A stretch of DNA of 64,000 nucleotides from Bacilli bacterium. Lineage in GTDB: Bacteria > Bacillota_I > Bacilli_A > RFN20 > CAG-826. Where the stretch lies: positions 4,942 through 68,941 of the forward strand of contig JAKSVK010000005.1 of NCBI GenBank assembly GCA_024408075.1, read 5' to 3'. The position numbers and the translations under genes were made by a program. Positions 46,274 to 55,857 of this stretch are shown one piece after another. The notes below the pieces were generated by a model that was not told the DNA's origin, did no database searches, and was given only the letters and a program-made list of their open reading frames with translations. Numbering within the stretch: position 1 is the stretch's first letter; each line of letters begins with the position of its first letter.

Positions 46274-46300
46274 ACAATAAAAGTGCGCCCGAGCGCACTC
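46274..46300 (-). terminator. Hairpin terminator/attenuator between frr and uppS
   Basis: Minus-strand RNA reads AGUGCGC-UCGG-GCGCACU followed by UUUAUUG. Confidence 0.55.
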
Positions 46301-46347
46301 TTAATGTTGATTTTTTTCTAAAAAGAAAATATTTGAATTAAATAAGG

Positions 46348-46893
46348 TTAAATTGACATGATTTCTTTTTCTTTTTCGCTGACAATTAAATCTGCTTCTT
46401 TTGTAGCATCATCAGTTACTTTTTGAATGTCATCTTGTGCTTTTTTTAGCATGTCTTCTGTGTAAGAATCGTCAATTTTTAAAACGTCCATGTAATCACG
46501 TCTAACATTTCTAATTGCAATCTTAGCATCTTCTAAATATTTTCTAGCTTGTTTAGCAATATCTCTTCTTCTTTCTTCAGTTAATGCTGGAATGATAAGT
46601 CTAACTAAATTTCCTTCATTAACTGGATTGATTCCTAAATTTGAAGCTGAGATTGCGCTGATAATATTTTTAACATCGTTCTTATCATAAGGTTTAATAA
46701 GAAGTTGTCTTGGTTCAGGAACACTAATGGAAGCAATTTGATTTAATGGAGTAGGACTGCCATAATAATCAACTTCAATTCCGTTAAGCATTGCAGGTGA
46801 AGCTCTACCAGTTCTTAGTGTTGTTAAATTACCTTTAAGAGCTTCTAGACATTTAAGCATTTTTTCATTTGCTTCTGTTGCATACATATCCAT
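46348..46893 (-). CDS. frr: Ribosome recycling factor
   Basis: 181 aa with LRTGRASPAMLNGIEVDYYG and IRNVRRD. Confidence 0.95.
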   Translation of the reverse strand: MDMYATEANEKMLKCLEALKGNLTTLRTGRASPAMLNGIEVDYYGSPTPLNQIASISVPEPRQLLIKPYDKNDVKNIISAISASNLGINPVNEGNLVRLIIPALTEERRRDIAKQARKYLEDAKIAIRNVRRDYMDVLKIDDSYTEDMLKKAQDDIQKVTDDATKEADLIVSEKEKEIMSI

Positions 46894-46896
46894 ATT

Positions 46897-47616
46897 TTAT
46901 TTCTCCTTTTTACATATGGTTCCGACATTGATTCCATGTGCAGCTTTTTGAAAATTCTCCGGGTTTTGCATGGAAAATACAAGAATTTCGATATTTGTTT
47001 GTTCAATCATTTCGATTGCTGAGCGATCCATAATTTGGATGTTTTTTTCTTTCATTTCATTAAATGTAATTGTGGAATAAAACTTCGCATCTTTGTAAAT
47101 TGTTGGGTCTTTATCATAGACTCCTTTGACACCATTTTTGCCCATCAAAATTGCGTCACAATTTGTTTCAATAGCACGTAATGTTGCCGCAGTATCTGTT
47201 GTGAAAAATGGTTTCCCAGTTCCTCCAGCTAAGAAGCAAATTACGCCTTTGCTTAATTCTTTTTTTGCTTCATCAGCATCATAAGGTTTTGTCACTCCTT
47301 CAATAGCAGGAATGGCGCTATAAACCGAGCTTTCAAGTCCCATCTTTTTAATCGCACTACTCATAGCAACAGCGTTAATCACAGTGCCGAGCATACCCAT
47401 AAAATCTGCTGGAACTCTTTCAATTCCGATCTTTTCAGCGACCTTGCCTCTCCAAATGTTGCCTGCGCCAATAACAATGGCAACTTCAAGGCCTTCATCA
47501 TGAAGCACTTTGATTTTTTCACAAAGTGAATTAAGCATTTCTACGTCGATGATGTTATCACTATTTTTGATTCCTAATGCTTCGCCGCTTAGTTTAAGTA
47601 AAACACGTTTATACAT
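46897..47616 (-). CDS. pyrH: UMP kinase
   Basis: YKRVLLKLSGEAL, GAGNIWRG and TTDTAA. Confidence 0.95.
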   Translation of the reverse strand: MYKRVLLKLSGEALGIKNSDNIIDVEMLNSLCEKIKVLHDEGLEVAIVIGAGNIWRGKVAEKIGIERVPADFMGMLGTVINAVAMSSAIKKMGLESSVYSAIPAIEGVTKPYDADEAKKELSKGVICFLAGGTGKPFFTTDTAATLRAIETNCDAILMGKNGVKGVYDKDPTIYKDAKFYSTITFNEMKEKNIQIMDRSAIEMIEQTNIEILVFSMQNPENFQKAAHGINVGTICKKEK

Positions 47617-47631
47617 CGGTGGACCTCCTAG

Positions 47632-47661
47632 TAAAAAAGAAACACGAAATCATCGTGTTCC
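47632..47661 (-). terminator. Rho-independent terminator/attenuator between tsf and pyrH
   Basis: Minus-strand RNA reads AACACGA-UGAUU-UCGUGUU followed by UCUUUUUUAC. Confidence 0.65.
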
Positions 47662-47668
47662 TTAATAT

Positions 47669-48547
47669 TTATTTTGATTGAGCCATGACTTCGCTTGCGA
47701 AATCATCTTTTCTCTTTTCAATTCCTTCGCCAACTTGGTAACGAACAAATTTGTTAATCTTAACTTTCTTTTCTAATAAGACTTGACCAACTGTCTTGCT
47801 ATCATCAAGTAAGAATGGTTGAGATTCAAGTGCCATTTCAGAGAAGTACTTGTTAATTTTTCCTTCAAGAATCTTTTCTAATACTGGAGCTGGTTTATTA
47901 GCAAGCTTTTCATCAGTCTTAGCAGCTTCTTTTTGAATTTGCATTTCATGTTCTCTAATTTCAGCAGGAACATCTTCAAGTTTAAGATATTGAGGATTAT
48001 TAGCAGCAATATGCATTGCAAGTTGCTTTGCAAGTTCTTCATCAGCACCTTCAGCAACTAAACCAACAGCAATCTTTCCACCCATATGGATGTAAGAACC
48101 AATAATGCCATTTCCTTTTTCTAATATTTCAAATCTTCTTAAGTCGAATTTTTCACCCATCTTAACTGTTGCATCAGTAAATAGTCCTTCAGTAAGAGCT
48201 TTTGCTTCTTCAACAGTAGCAGGTCTTTTTTCAAGAATAACTCTAGCTACACTTTCAACTAAATCGTGGAATGCTTCACCTTTTGCAACGAAGTCTGTTT
48301 CACAGTTTACTTCGATTACAACAGTAGTTCCGCATGTGCATTTGTTACATTTAACAGCAAGTGCTAAACCTTCTGCAGCAATACGATCTGCTTTTTTAGC
48401 AGCTTTTGCTAATCCTTTTTCTCTAAGCCAATCTCCGGCTTTATCTAAATCGCAATCATTAGCAAGTAAAGCACCTTTACAGTCCATAAGGCCTGCACCT
48501 GTACGTTCACGTAATACTTTGATTAAATCAATTAAGCTATCTGCCAT
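47669..48547 (-). CDS. tsf: Elongation factor Ts
   Basis: LRERTGAGLMDCKGAL UBA-like N-terminus, and ETDFVAKG. Confidence 0.95.
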   Translation of the reverse strand: MADSLIDLIKVLRERTGAGLMDCKGALLANDCDLDKAGDWLREKGLAKAAKKADRIAAEGLALAVKCNKCTCGTTVVIEVNCETDFVAKGEAFHDLVESVARVILEKRPATVEEAKALTEGLFTDATVKMGEKFDLRRFEILEKGNGIIGSYIHMGGKIAVGLVAEGADEELAKQLAMHIAANNPQYLKLEDVPAEIREHEMQIQKEAAKTDEKLANKPAPVLEKILEGKINKYFSEMALESQPFLLDDSKTVGQVLLEKKVKINKFVRYQVGEGIEKRKDDFASEVMAQSK

Positions 48548-48549
48548 AA

Positions 48550-49566
48550 TTATTTGGCCTCTTCTTCAGCCTTCACTTCTTCAGTTACAGCTTCTTCTTT
48601 TGCAGCTGCTTCTTTTGCAGCGGCTCTTTTTTCTCTAAATGCTGCTTTAGCTGCTTGTTCTTTTTCAAAAGCTTCTTGTCTAGCAGCTCTTTCTGCACGA
48701 ATACGAGCTAATTTTTCAGCATTTTCTTTATCTGTTTGTTTAATGACATCTTTCATGGTTGCTTCTGGAGCATCATCTTTAGTATATGCGACAACTGGAA
48801 GACCACCTTTTGATTCAACAATTGCATCAGCAATTACAGCTAAGATTAAGCTAACACTTCTGATAGCATCATCATTTGCTGGAATTGGATAATCAACCAT
48901 ATCTGGATCACTGTTTGTGTCAATAATAGCAAACACTGGAATTCCTAATTTCTTAGCTTCGTGAACAGCGTTATATTCAACGGATGGATCAACGACAAAT
49001 AATGCGTTAGGAACCTTTCTCATTTCTTTAATACCCTCTAAGTTCTTAGAAAGTTTTTCTTTTTCCTTACGGAGTTGAGCAGCTTCGAGTTTTGGAAGTA
49101 AATCTAATTCTCCAGCTTCTTCTCTTCTTTCTAATTCTTTGAGGTATTTAATTCTACCTTGAATTGTTTTGAAGTTTGTTAATGTACCACCAAGCCATCT
49201 GTTAGTGATATAGAAACTTCCTGAACGTAATGCTTCAGCTTCAACAGCTTCAACACATTGTTTCTTAGTACCAACAAAGAGAACTTTACCACCATTATCA
49301 ACGATTTCTTTCATTGCTTTATAAGCAGTTTCTGCTAATTGACAGGTTTTCTCTAAGTCAATAATGTAAATACCGTTTCTTGGAGCATAGATGAATTTCT
49401 TCATTTTTGGGTTCCATTTACGGGTTTGATGTCCAAAGTGAACTCCTGCTTCTAAACATTTTAAAATTGTTAAGACAGGTGCTTTTGGATCACTAATAAC
49501 TGCTTCCATTGCTGGTGCAGCTTCTGCAGGTTTTTCTTCTACTGCAACTTTCTTTTCTTCGCTCAT
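48550..49566 (-). CDS. rpsB: 30S ribosomal protein S2, with N- and C-terminal charged extensions
   Basis: Core LEAGVHFGHQTRKWNPKM. Start set at MSEEKK (ATG 49566), 7 nt after AAGGAGG. The tail beyond the conserved core is about 85 aa and rich in Ala/Glu/Lys. Confidence 0.93.
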   Translation of the reverse strand: MSEEKKVAVEEKPAEAAPAMEAVISDPKAPVLTILKCLEAGVHFGHQTRKWNPKMKKFIYAPRNGIYIIDLEKTCQLAETAYKAMKEIVDNGGKVLFVGTKKQCVEAVEAEALRSGSFYITNRWLGGTLTNFKTIQGRIKYLKELERREEAGELDLLPKLEAAQLRKEKEKLSKNLEGIKEMRKVPNALFVVDPSVEYNAVHEAKKLGIPVFAIIDTNSDPDMVDYPIPANDDAIRSVSLILAVIADAIVESKGGLPVVAYTKDDAPEATMKDVIKQTDKENAEKLARIRAERAARQEAFEKEQAAKAAFREKRAAAKEAAAKEEAVTEEVKAEEEAK

Positions 49567-49666
49567 TTTGAGCCTCCTTATGTTATTGCCTCCACTGCTT
49601 CGAACAACCGCCCTAAGCATAAATGCTTAGACAAAGGAAGTTGAATCCACAGTGTGTGTTGTCTCT
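49567..49666 (-). promoter_or_regulatory. Structured 5' leader of rpsB-tsf (candidate autoregulatory element)
   Basis: 7-bp hairpin CUAAGCA-UUUA-UGCUUAG (49613-49630). A second GGAGG lies 16 nt upstream of the real Shine-Dalgarno sequence, and an upstream CUUCC could pair with either one. Confidence 0.3.
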
Positions 49667-49695
49667 ATATAAATAGAGCGGTATTATGTTATCAA
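49667..49695 (-). promoter_or_regulatory. Candidate promoter TTGATA-N17-TTATAT for rpsB
   Basis: On the minus strand the -35 is at 49695-49690 and the -10 at 49672-49667. Confidence 0.35.
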
Positions 49696-49720
49696 AATAT
49701 GTGTCCCTAAACAAGAAAAA

Positions 49721-50623
49721 TTATTTTTTCTTTGCTCTTGGGTGACAATTTTCATACTCTTTTTTCATTGTTTCAACGGAAACATGAGTATAGATTTGGG
49801 TAGTATTTATACTTTCGTGCCCAAGCATTTCTTGAATTGTTCTTAAATCTGCTCCTCTTTCTAATAAATGAGTAGCAAAAGAATGTCTAAAAATATGAGG
49901 ATGAAGACCTAAAACTAAGCCATTTTTTTCTTCAATTTCATTTATTATTAGTTCTAATCCTCTAACAGTTAATTGTTCGCCATTATTATTTAATAATAAA
50001 TATGTAGACTGATGTACTGATTTAGAGAGCAAAGACAATCTATCTCCATCAATATATTTTTTTAAATCTTTTTTACATTCTTCACTAAAAGGAACTACTC
50101 TTTCTTTATTTCCTTTTCCGATAACTCTAATCATTCTTTGAGTTAATGAGATAGTTTGCATTTTTAAGTTAACAAGTTCGCTTGCTCTTATGCCCGTAAA
50201 ATAAAGTATAGAAATAATTGCTTGATCTCGTGATGCTAATTCATCAGTTCGACTACGATTTTTTTCAAATAAATCTTGAATTTGTTCTCGTGTTAACGAA
50301 CGAGGAAATTTTGTCTCACATTTAGGTGAATTAACATAGTTAAAAGGATTAAAATTAAGTTCTTTTTTAATAACTAAGTATCGATAAAATTGTTTCAAAG
50401 CAGATAATCTTCTTTTACAACTTCGTTTTGAAATTCCATTTTCTAACTCAACTGTTAAAAAGTTTCTAATTACTGCTGAATCAACCTCGTCCATCATGAT
50501 GTCTTCAGAAAAAATGTAATTCAAAAACTTTTCAATATCGCGACGATAACTATCAACAGTCATCTCACTATAATTTCTATTAACTTTTAAATAATCTAAA
50601 AAATCATTCAATGGTTTGTTCAT
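49721..50623 (-). CDS. xerC: Tyrosine recombinase XerC/CodV-type
   Basis: GIRASEL, HIFRHSFATHLL and GHESINTTQIYTHV. It occupies the conserved position after topA. Confidence 0.88.
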   Translation of the reverse strand: MNKPLNDFLDYLKVNRNYSEMTVDSYRRDIEKFLNYIFSEDIMMDEVDSAVIRNFLTVELENGISKRSCKRRLSALKQFYRYLVIKKELNFNPFNYVNSPKCETKFPRSLTREQIQDLFEKNRSRTDELASRDQAIISILYFTGIRASELVNLKMQTISLTQRMIRVIGKGNKERVVPFSEECKKDLKKYIDGDRLSLLSKSVHQSTYLLLNNNGEQLTVRGLELIINEIEEKNGLVLGLHPHIFRHSFATHLLERGADLRTIQEMLGHESINTTQIYTHVSVETMKKEYENCHPRAKKK

Positions 50624-50633
50624 AATTTTATGA

Positions 50634-50660
50634 TATCAAAAAAGGACTAATTAGTCCTTT
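50634..50660 (-). terminator. Hairpin overlapping the topA stop codon (terminator/attenuator before xerC)
   Basis: Minus-strand RNA reads AAAGGAC-UAAUUA-GUCCUUU followed by UUUGAUAUC. The topA TAA lies in the loop. Confidence 0.45.
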
Positions 50661-52735
50661 CTTTTTTTAATTTTTTCCATATGTTTACATTTTGGATAAT
50701 TACTACAACCAAGGAAGTAACCATATGATCCTTTTTTCTTTACTAAATATCCATCCTCACAATCAGGACATTTTTTAACATATTCAGGTTCATTTTGTTT
50801 TGCTAATGAAACATGATATTTACATTTTGGATAACCACTACAGGCAATAAATTTTTTGCCATTTTTAATTCTTTCGACTAATGGTTTACCACATTCTGGA
50901 CAATTTTCGCCAGTATAAACCACTTCTTTCGCTTCTTTTTTGACATATGTACAATCAGGATAATTTGAGCATGCAATGAACTTACCGTTTTTTCCTTCTT
51001 TATACACTAATGGGTGACCACATTTTGGACACATTTCACCAGTTGGAACTAGTTCATCAGCATACATTCTGACATATCCATCTTCCACCATTTTTGTAAA
51101 TGGTTTATAAAATTTAGTTAAAATTTCTGTTGATGTAGTCTTGCCTTCTTGAATTGAGTCAAGCTTGCTTTCCATGTCAGCAGTATATTTAGCATCAACG
51201 ATTTCTGGGAAATATTTATTTAAAACAATTGAGGTCTTAGTTCCTTGTTCAGTTGAAGTAAATAACCCTTTATCTTCAGAAACATATTTTCTCTTTTTTA
51301 AAGTAGCAATTGTTGAAGCATATGTTGAAGGACGGCCAATTCCAATTTCTTCCATTAATGAAACAACTTTAGCCTCGCTGTATCTTGCTGGTGGAACTGT
51401 AAATTTTTGTTCTGCAGTCTTACTAACAAGTTCAAAAGTATCATTAACATTTATACTTGGGAAAATAGTTTGTTCTTCTTCATCATATTTGTATAAAAGT
51501 TCATAACCAGGGAAAATGGTTCTATTGAAATTAAGTTTAAAAATATAGCCATTATTTTCTAGATTGATGCTTAACACTTCTTGTTTTTTAGCTTTCATTA
51601 AGCTAGCAATTGCTCTTCTATATATTAATTTATATAGATTATATTGATCAGGTGATAAGTATTGTCTAATTGATTCAGGAGTTCTGTGGTTGCTTGTAGG
51701 TCTAATAGCTTCGTGAGCTTCTTGTGCTAAAACAGAAATTTTTCCTTTTTTTATTGTACCAATAAAATCTTGACCAAAAGTTTCTTTAATATAAGCAGTT
51801 GCTTTTTCAACGTAAGTTGATGAAAGTCTTGTGTCATCAGTACGAATATAAGTAATTAAACCTGTATGCTCACCATTAATTTGAATACCTTCATAAAGTG
51901 ATTGAGAAACACTGGCTGTTTTTGCAGTTGAAAAATGCAATTTAGCAAATGCTTCTTGTTGTAGAGTTGAGGTCTTAAAAGGTGGTTTACTTTCCACTGA
52001 TTTAACACTTCTATCTATCGAAATAACTTTAAAAGTATTTCCTAAAGAATTAATAATTTTATCAGCTTCTTTTTGACTATTTATGTCTTTATTACCTGCT
52101 TTATCAGAAACATAATTTACTTTAATAATTTCATTATCAAGCTTTGCTTCTGTTAAAATTTCATAATATTCTTGAGGCACAAATGAATTAATTTCATCAT
52201 CATGATCAACAATAAGTTTTAATGTTGCAGATTGAACTCTTCCAGCACTCTTTGAATGGATTTTTCGATTAACTAATGCTGAAAGTTTAAAACCAATAAT
52301 TCTATCTAAAATTCTTCTTGCTTCTTGAGAAGAAACGAGGTTTAAATCAATAGTCCTTGGATTAGCCAAAGCATTAGTAATAGATTCACGAGTAATTTCG
52401 TGGAATTCTAAACGTTTATTTGTCTCAATATTTAAATTTAAAACTTGAGCTAAGTGCCAAGCGATTGCTTCCCCTTCACGATCAGGGTCGGTTGCAAGAA
52501 TAACTTCATCAGCTTTTCTAGCTAAATCTTTGAGCTCTTTTACAACTTTTTGCTTATCCTTATTAATAATATAAATAGGAGCAAACTCATTATCTACATC
52601 TACACCTAGGCCTCCACGACCACGCGTAGATAAGTCTCTAATATGTCCAAGTGATGCCTTAACAACATATTCTTCGCCAAGGTATCTTTGGATTGTATTG
52701 CATTTAGCAGGTGATTCAACGATGACTAACTTCAT
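50651..52735 (-). CDS. topA: DNA topoisomerase I
   Basis: Toprim N-terminus LVIVESPAKCNTI, ATDPDREGEAI, an active-site Tyr region, and three or four C-terminal CxxC zinc ribbons. Confidence 0.96.
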   Translation of the reverse strand: MKLVIVESPAKCNTIQRYLGEEYVVKASLGHIRDLSTRGRGGLGVDVDNEFAPIYIINKDKQKVVKELKDLARKADEVILATDPDREGEAIAWHLAQVLNLNIETNKRLEFHEITRESITNALANPRTIDLNLVSSQEARRILDRIIGFKLSALVNRKIHSKSAGRVQSATLKLIVDHDDEINSFVPQEYYEILTEAKLDNEIIKVNYVSDKAGNKDINSQKEADKIINSLGNTFKVISIDRSVKSVESKPPFKTSTLQQEAFAKLHFSTAKTASVSQSLYEGIQINGEHTGLITYIRTDDTRLSSTYVEKATAYIKETFGQDFIGTIKKGKISVLAQEAHEAIRPTSNHRTPESIRQYLSPDQYNLYKLIYRRAIASLMKAKKQEVLSINLENNGYIFKLNFNRTIFPGYELLYKYDEEEQTIFPSINVNDTFELVSKTAEQKFTVPPARYSEAKVVSLMEEIGIGRPSTYASTIATLKKRKYVSEDKGLFTSTEQGTKTSIVLNKYFPEIVDAKYTADMESKLDSIQEGKTTSTEILTKFYKPFTKMVEDGYVRMYADELVPTGEMCPKCGHPLVYKEGKNGKFIACSNYPDCTYVKKEAKEVVYTGENCPECGKPLVERIKNGKKFIACSGYPKCKYHVSLAKQNEPEYVKKCPDCEDGYLVKKKGSYGYFLGCSNYPKCKHMEKIKKRKD

Positions 52736-52836
52736 ACGGATATTAATTATGTTGATTTACTCAGTATTTTTCAACGACAAAAAGCATTATATATATCCTT
52801 AAATAGTAAGTATTTAAGTAAGCCTAATAAGAAATT

Positions 52837-53607
52837 TTATCGGAAAAAATCGTTAACATCGTCCGCGCTTTCAACAAGTCTTGCTCCTTCTTTTAAAAAC
52901 AAGTTACATGCCGAATCTCCAAAATTTTCACTTGGCAAACATAAAATTTCTTTTCCTAAATTAATAGCATATCCAGCAGTAATCACAGACCCACTTTTTT
53001 TCGCTGCTTCAGGAATTAAAACTACATCAGATAAACCAGCAATTATTCTATTTCTTGGTGGAAAATTTTCTTGCTTTGGCGGAACATTATCTGGATATTC
53101 AGTTATAACCAAGTTATTTTTCTTAATTTTTGAACAAAGTTCTTCATTTTCAGTTGGAAAACAATAATTTAATCCACTTCCAATAACAGCAATCGTCTTT
53201 TTCCCACTATCCAAAGCAGCCTGATGGGCAACTCCATCAATTCCTGCAGCTAATCCAGATACAATCAAAATATCGTTATTAAGTTGTTTTACTATTTCTC
53301 TTGTTTTGACTTTAAACTTTTCACTAGCTTTTCGTGAGCCAACAACAGCCAAACACTTGTCTATATTTGAAAGTAAGCTAAGATCTCCTTGATAAAATAA
53401 AACAAATGGCGGACGATACACTTGTCTTAATCGTTCAGGATATTCGCTATCTAAAATAGTAATAGCTTTACAGTGAGTTTTATTTAGTATAGCTTCTAAC
53501 TCGTTTTCATCAATAAGACTCCTGTATTGATTTACGGCATTAAAAATTAGCGTCCAATCGCCATTATATTTAATTGATAACGCTATAAGTATATTTTTAG
53601 CATCCAT
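52837..53607 (-). CDS. dprA: DNA processing protein DprA/Smf (short form)
   Basis: VVGSRKAS and SGLAAGIDGVAHQAAL Rossmann core. At 256 aa it has little beyond the core domain. Confidence 0.85.
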   Translation of the reverse strand: MDAKNILIALSIKYNGDWTLIFNAVNQYRSLIDENELEAILNKTHCKAITILDSEYPERLRQVYRPPFVLFYQGDLSLLSNIDKCLAVVGSRKASEKFKVKTREIVKQLNNDILIVSGLAAGIDGVAHQAALDSGKKTIAVIGSGLNYCFPTENEELCSKIKKNNLVITEYPDNVPPKQENFPPRNRIIAGLSDVVLIPEAAKKSGSVITAGYAINLGKEILCLPSENFGDSACNLFLKEGARLVESADDVNDFFR

Positions 53608-53653
53608 AAAAATCTCCTCTCACTATATATAGAGGGGGACTTTTATCAATTTT

Positions 53654-54274
53654 CTAAAATAATTTTACTTTTTTTATAAAAAATTTTTTAACAGGAGCAT
53701 ATGAAAATCGATAAAGTCCCTTGATTGGACCAAGAGAATTTAATATTTCCATATGCAATTTAGTTCCATAACCTTTATGTTTTGCAATTTTATATTCAGG
53801 ATACTTTTTATCAAGTTCATAACAAATATGATCACGAGTAACTTTTGCCATTATCGATGCTGCTGCAATACACATTGCTTTTGCATCTCCATGAATAATA
53901 GCTTCAAAAGGTAAGTCGGTTTAAATTTTTACAGCGTCAGTTAAAATCATATCGTATTCATGATCAAGTTTTTCAAGAGCTAAAATCATTGCTTTTCTTG
54001 AAGCGTTTAAAATATTAATTTGATCAATTTCTTCAGCAGAAACCTCGCAAACTGCCCATGAAATCGCATTTTCTTTTATTATTTGATAAGCTTTTTCGCG
54101 TTGCTTTTCAGTTAGCTGTTTTGAATCATTAATTAAGTCACATTTAAAGTCTTTAGGTAAAATTACTGCACCTGCAACGACAGGACCAAGTAGGCAACCT
54201 CTACCAGCTTCATCGCATCCTGCAATAAATTTTATCTTATTTGAATAATATTGTTGTTCGTAATCTAAGCTCAT
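53654..54274 (-). pseudogene. rnhB: Ribonuclease HII interrupted by a single in-frame TAA (53921-53923)
   Basis: The upstream part carries CDEAGRGCLLGPVVAGAVIL and ends ...LTDAVKI. After the TAA the same frame continues TDLPFEAIIHGDAKAMCIAAASIMAKVTRD...HKGYGT. The two ORF-track pieces (53921-54274 and 53654-53875) are in one frame. Confidence 0.8.
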
Positions 54275-55110
54275 TTTAATTCAAGAGAAATGCGTCCAAG
54301 CTTTCCATCTTTAAACTCTTTTAGTAAAACGATTTCAGCTTTTTCTATATCAGGTTCTCCGCCACTAATAAGTCCTCTTCTAGTAGCAATTTTCTCTAAA
54401 GTTTCTTCTACTGAAGTAATTTCTGAAATTCCAAATCTCTCATCTAAAGATGAAGGATAATGTTTTTTTAAAAAATCTAGTAAATATGAACAAAGATAAT
54501 TGTTAGGTAAAATATCTTCTTTAATGGAGCCAAGAAGAGCAAGAATAGTAGCTACATTTTTATCCTCATAATTCATTGGGAGGATACCTGGAGTATCAAG
54601 TAAAATAAAGTCTTTATCAACCTTAATAAATTGGTCACCTTTTGTATATCCTGGTTTGTTTTGAACTCCAGCAACATTTCGTTTTGCAAGCAAGTTTACT
54701 AAGGATGATTTTCCAACATTTGGTATTCCAATAATCATAGCTTTAATTGGTTGTGGTTTCATGCCTTTAGCTATTTCTTTTCGATGCTTCTCTTCACCCA
54801 TTTTTAAGACTTCAGAAATAAGTATTTTTCTTGCATTAGAATTTGTAATATTTAAAGAAATTACCTGGGATTTGCAGTCTTTATATGAATTTAGCCACTT
54901 TTTTGTGACCTCTTCATCTGCCAAATCATTTTTAGTAAAAACATATAATCTTTTTTTGTTTTTTATTGCAGATTCTAAAAACGGATTAAGCGAACTAGAA
55001 GGTGCACGAGCATCTAAAAGTTCAATTACTACATCCACTATTTTTAATTTTTCCTCAACATTATTGAGGGCTTTTTTCATATGTCCCGGAAACCAATGTA
55101 TGTCTGCCAT
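54271..55110 (-). CDS. rbgA: Ribosome biogenesis GTPase A (YlqF/RbgA, circularly permuted)
   Basis: HWFPGHM, TKNDL (G4) placed before GIPNVGKSS (G1), and DTPG. Confidence 0.92.
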   Translation of the reverse strand: MADIHWFPGHMKKALNNVEEKLKIVDVVIELLDARAPSSSLNPFLESAIKNKKRLYVFTKNDLADEEVTKKWLNSYKDCKSQVISLNITNSNARKILISEVLKMGEEKHRKEIAKGMKPQPIKAMIIGIPNVGKSSLVNLLAKRNVAGVQNKPGYTKGDQFIKVDKDFILLDTPGILPMNYEDKNVATILALLGSIKEDILPNNYLCSYLLDFLKKHYPSSLDERFGISEITSVEETLEKIATRRGLISGGEPDIEKAEIVLLKEFKDGKLGRISLELK

Positions 55111-55113
55111 AAG

Positions 55114-55857
55114 TTAAAAATTGTACATTCCTTTAATAGGTTTTTTATCAACTAAATTGCCTGAGCCATCCACAACAGCAGTTCCTTCAATTTGCACTAC
55201 TTTTCCTTGTAGATAATTTCTTGAAACATAATCTTTTTCACTTCTATTACCAAAGCAGTCATTTGAGACACACCAGTTATCACCCATCAGATAATACTCA
55301 TCGTTATGGAGCTGTATGTCTTGAAAAGTTCTTTTTTTGAAGCTGCTATGAAAATTAATACAAGTAAGAAAAGTTTTGGAAACTCTAACATCGTCTGGAG
55401 TTGTAAAAGAAACATATTGTTCCTCTGGATCAATGGTTCCAGTAGTCACAGAAACGCCACCATTAGGATTAACAGCAGTAAATGTATAAGTGTTTTCACT
55501 CCAAGTTAAAGAAATTTTTTCGCCAGGTAATCCCCAAACACGCTTAATGATGTAAGAGCCTTCATCAGATGCAGTCCATCCTTTTGGATAATAAGTAATC
55601 ACAACGTCAAAGCGGCTTAAACTATCAATTGTTCTAGAACTCTTATCGGCTTTCCCGTAATGGTTTCGTCCTTCACTAGAAATTGTTCCACCCTTTAAAG
55701 TAGGATACATTGAATCACCACTAACATAGATTTGTTCATAATAACGACGTGAAAATAAATAACATGCAGTTACAACGACTCCACAAAGTAATGCAAAAAT
55801 CAAAACTGCATAAAATGTATTCTGAAATTTTTCATTTTTGTAAAATTTCTTATCCAT
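55114..55857 (-). CDS. lepB: Signal peptidase I (S26)
   Basis: N-terminal TM, SGDSMYPTL (Ser box), IKRVWGLPGE (Lys box) and GDNWCVSNDC. Confidence 0.85.
   Translation of the reverse strand: MDKKFYKNEKFQNTFYAVLIFALLCGVVVTACYLFSRRYYEQIYVSGDSMYPTLKGGTISSEGRNHYGKADKSSRTIDSLSRFDVVITYYPKGWTASDEGSYIIKRVWGLPGEKISLTWSENTYTFTAVNPNGGVSVTTGTIDPEEQYVSFTTPDDVRVSKTFLTCINFHSSFKKRTFQDIQLHNDEYYLMGDNWCVSNDCFGNRSEKDYVSRNYLQGKVVQIEGTAVVDGSGNLVDKKPIKGMYNF

Noticed and set aside
48105-48892. Long plus-strand ORFs (177 aa and 112 aa) opposite tsf/rpsB
   Set aside because: They lie antisense to two well-supported essential genes. Their sequence is low-complexity Ser/Leu/Ala, the mirror image of the Ala/Glu/Lys-rich codons on the coding strand. 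They have no Shine-Dalgarno sequence or promoter.
49721-50623. Tyrosine recombinase, considered as an integrase marking a genomic island
   Set aside because: It sits in the conserved topA-codV/xerC position of the core synteny block and has XerC/D-type motifs. No att-like repeats or phage/ICE genes are nearby.
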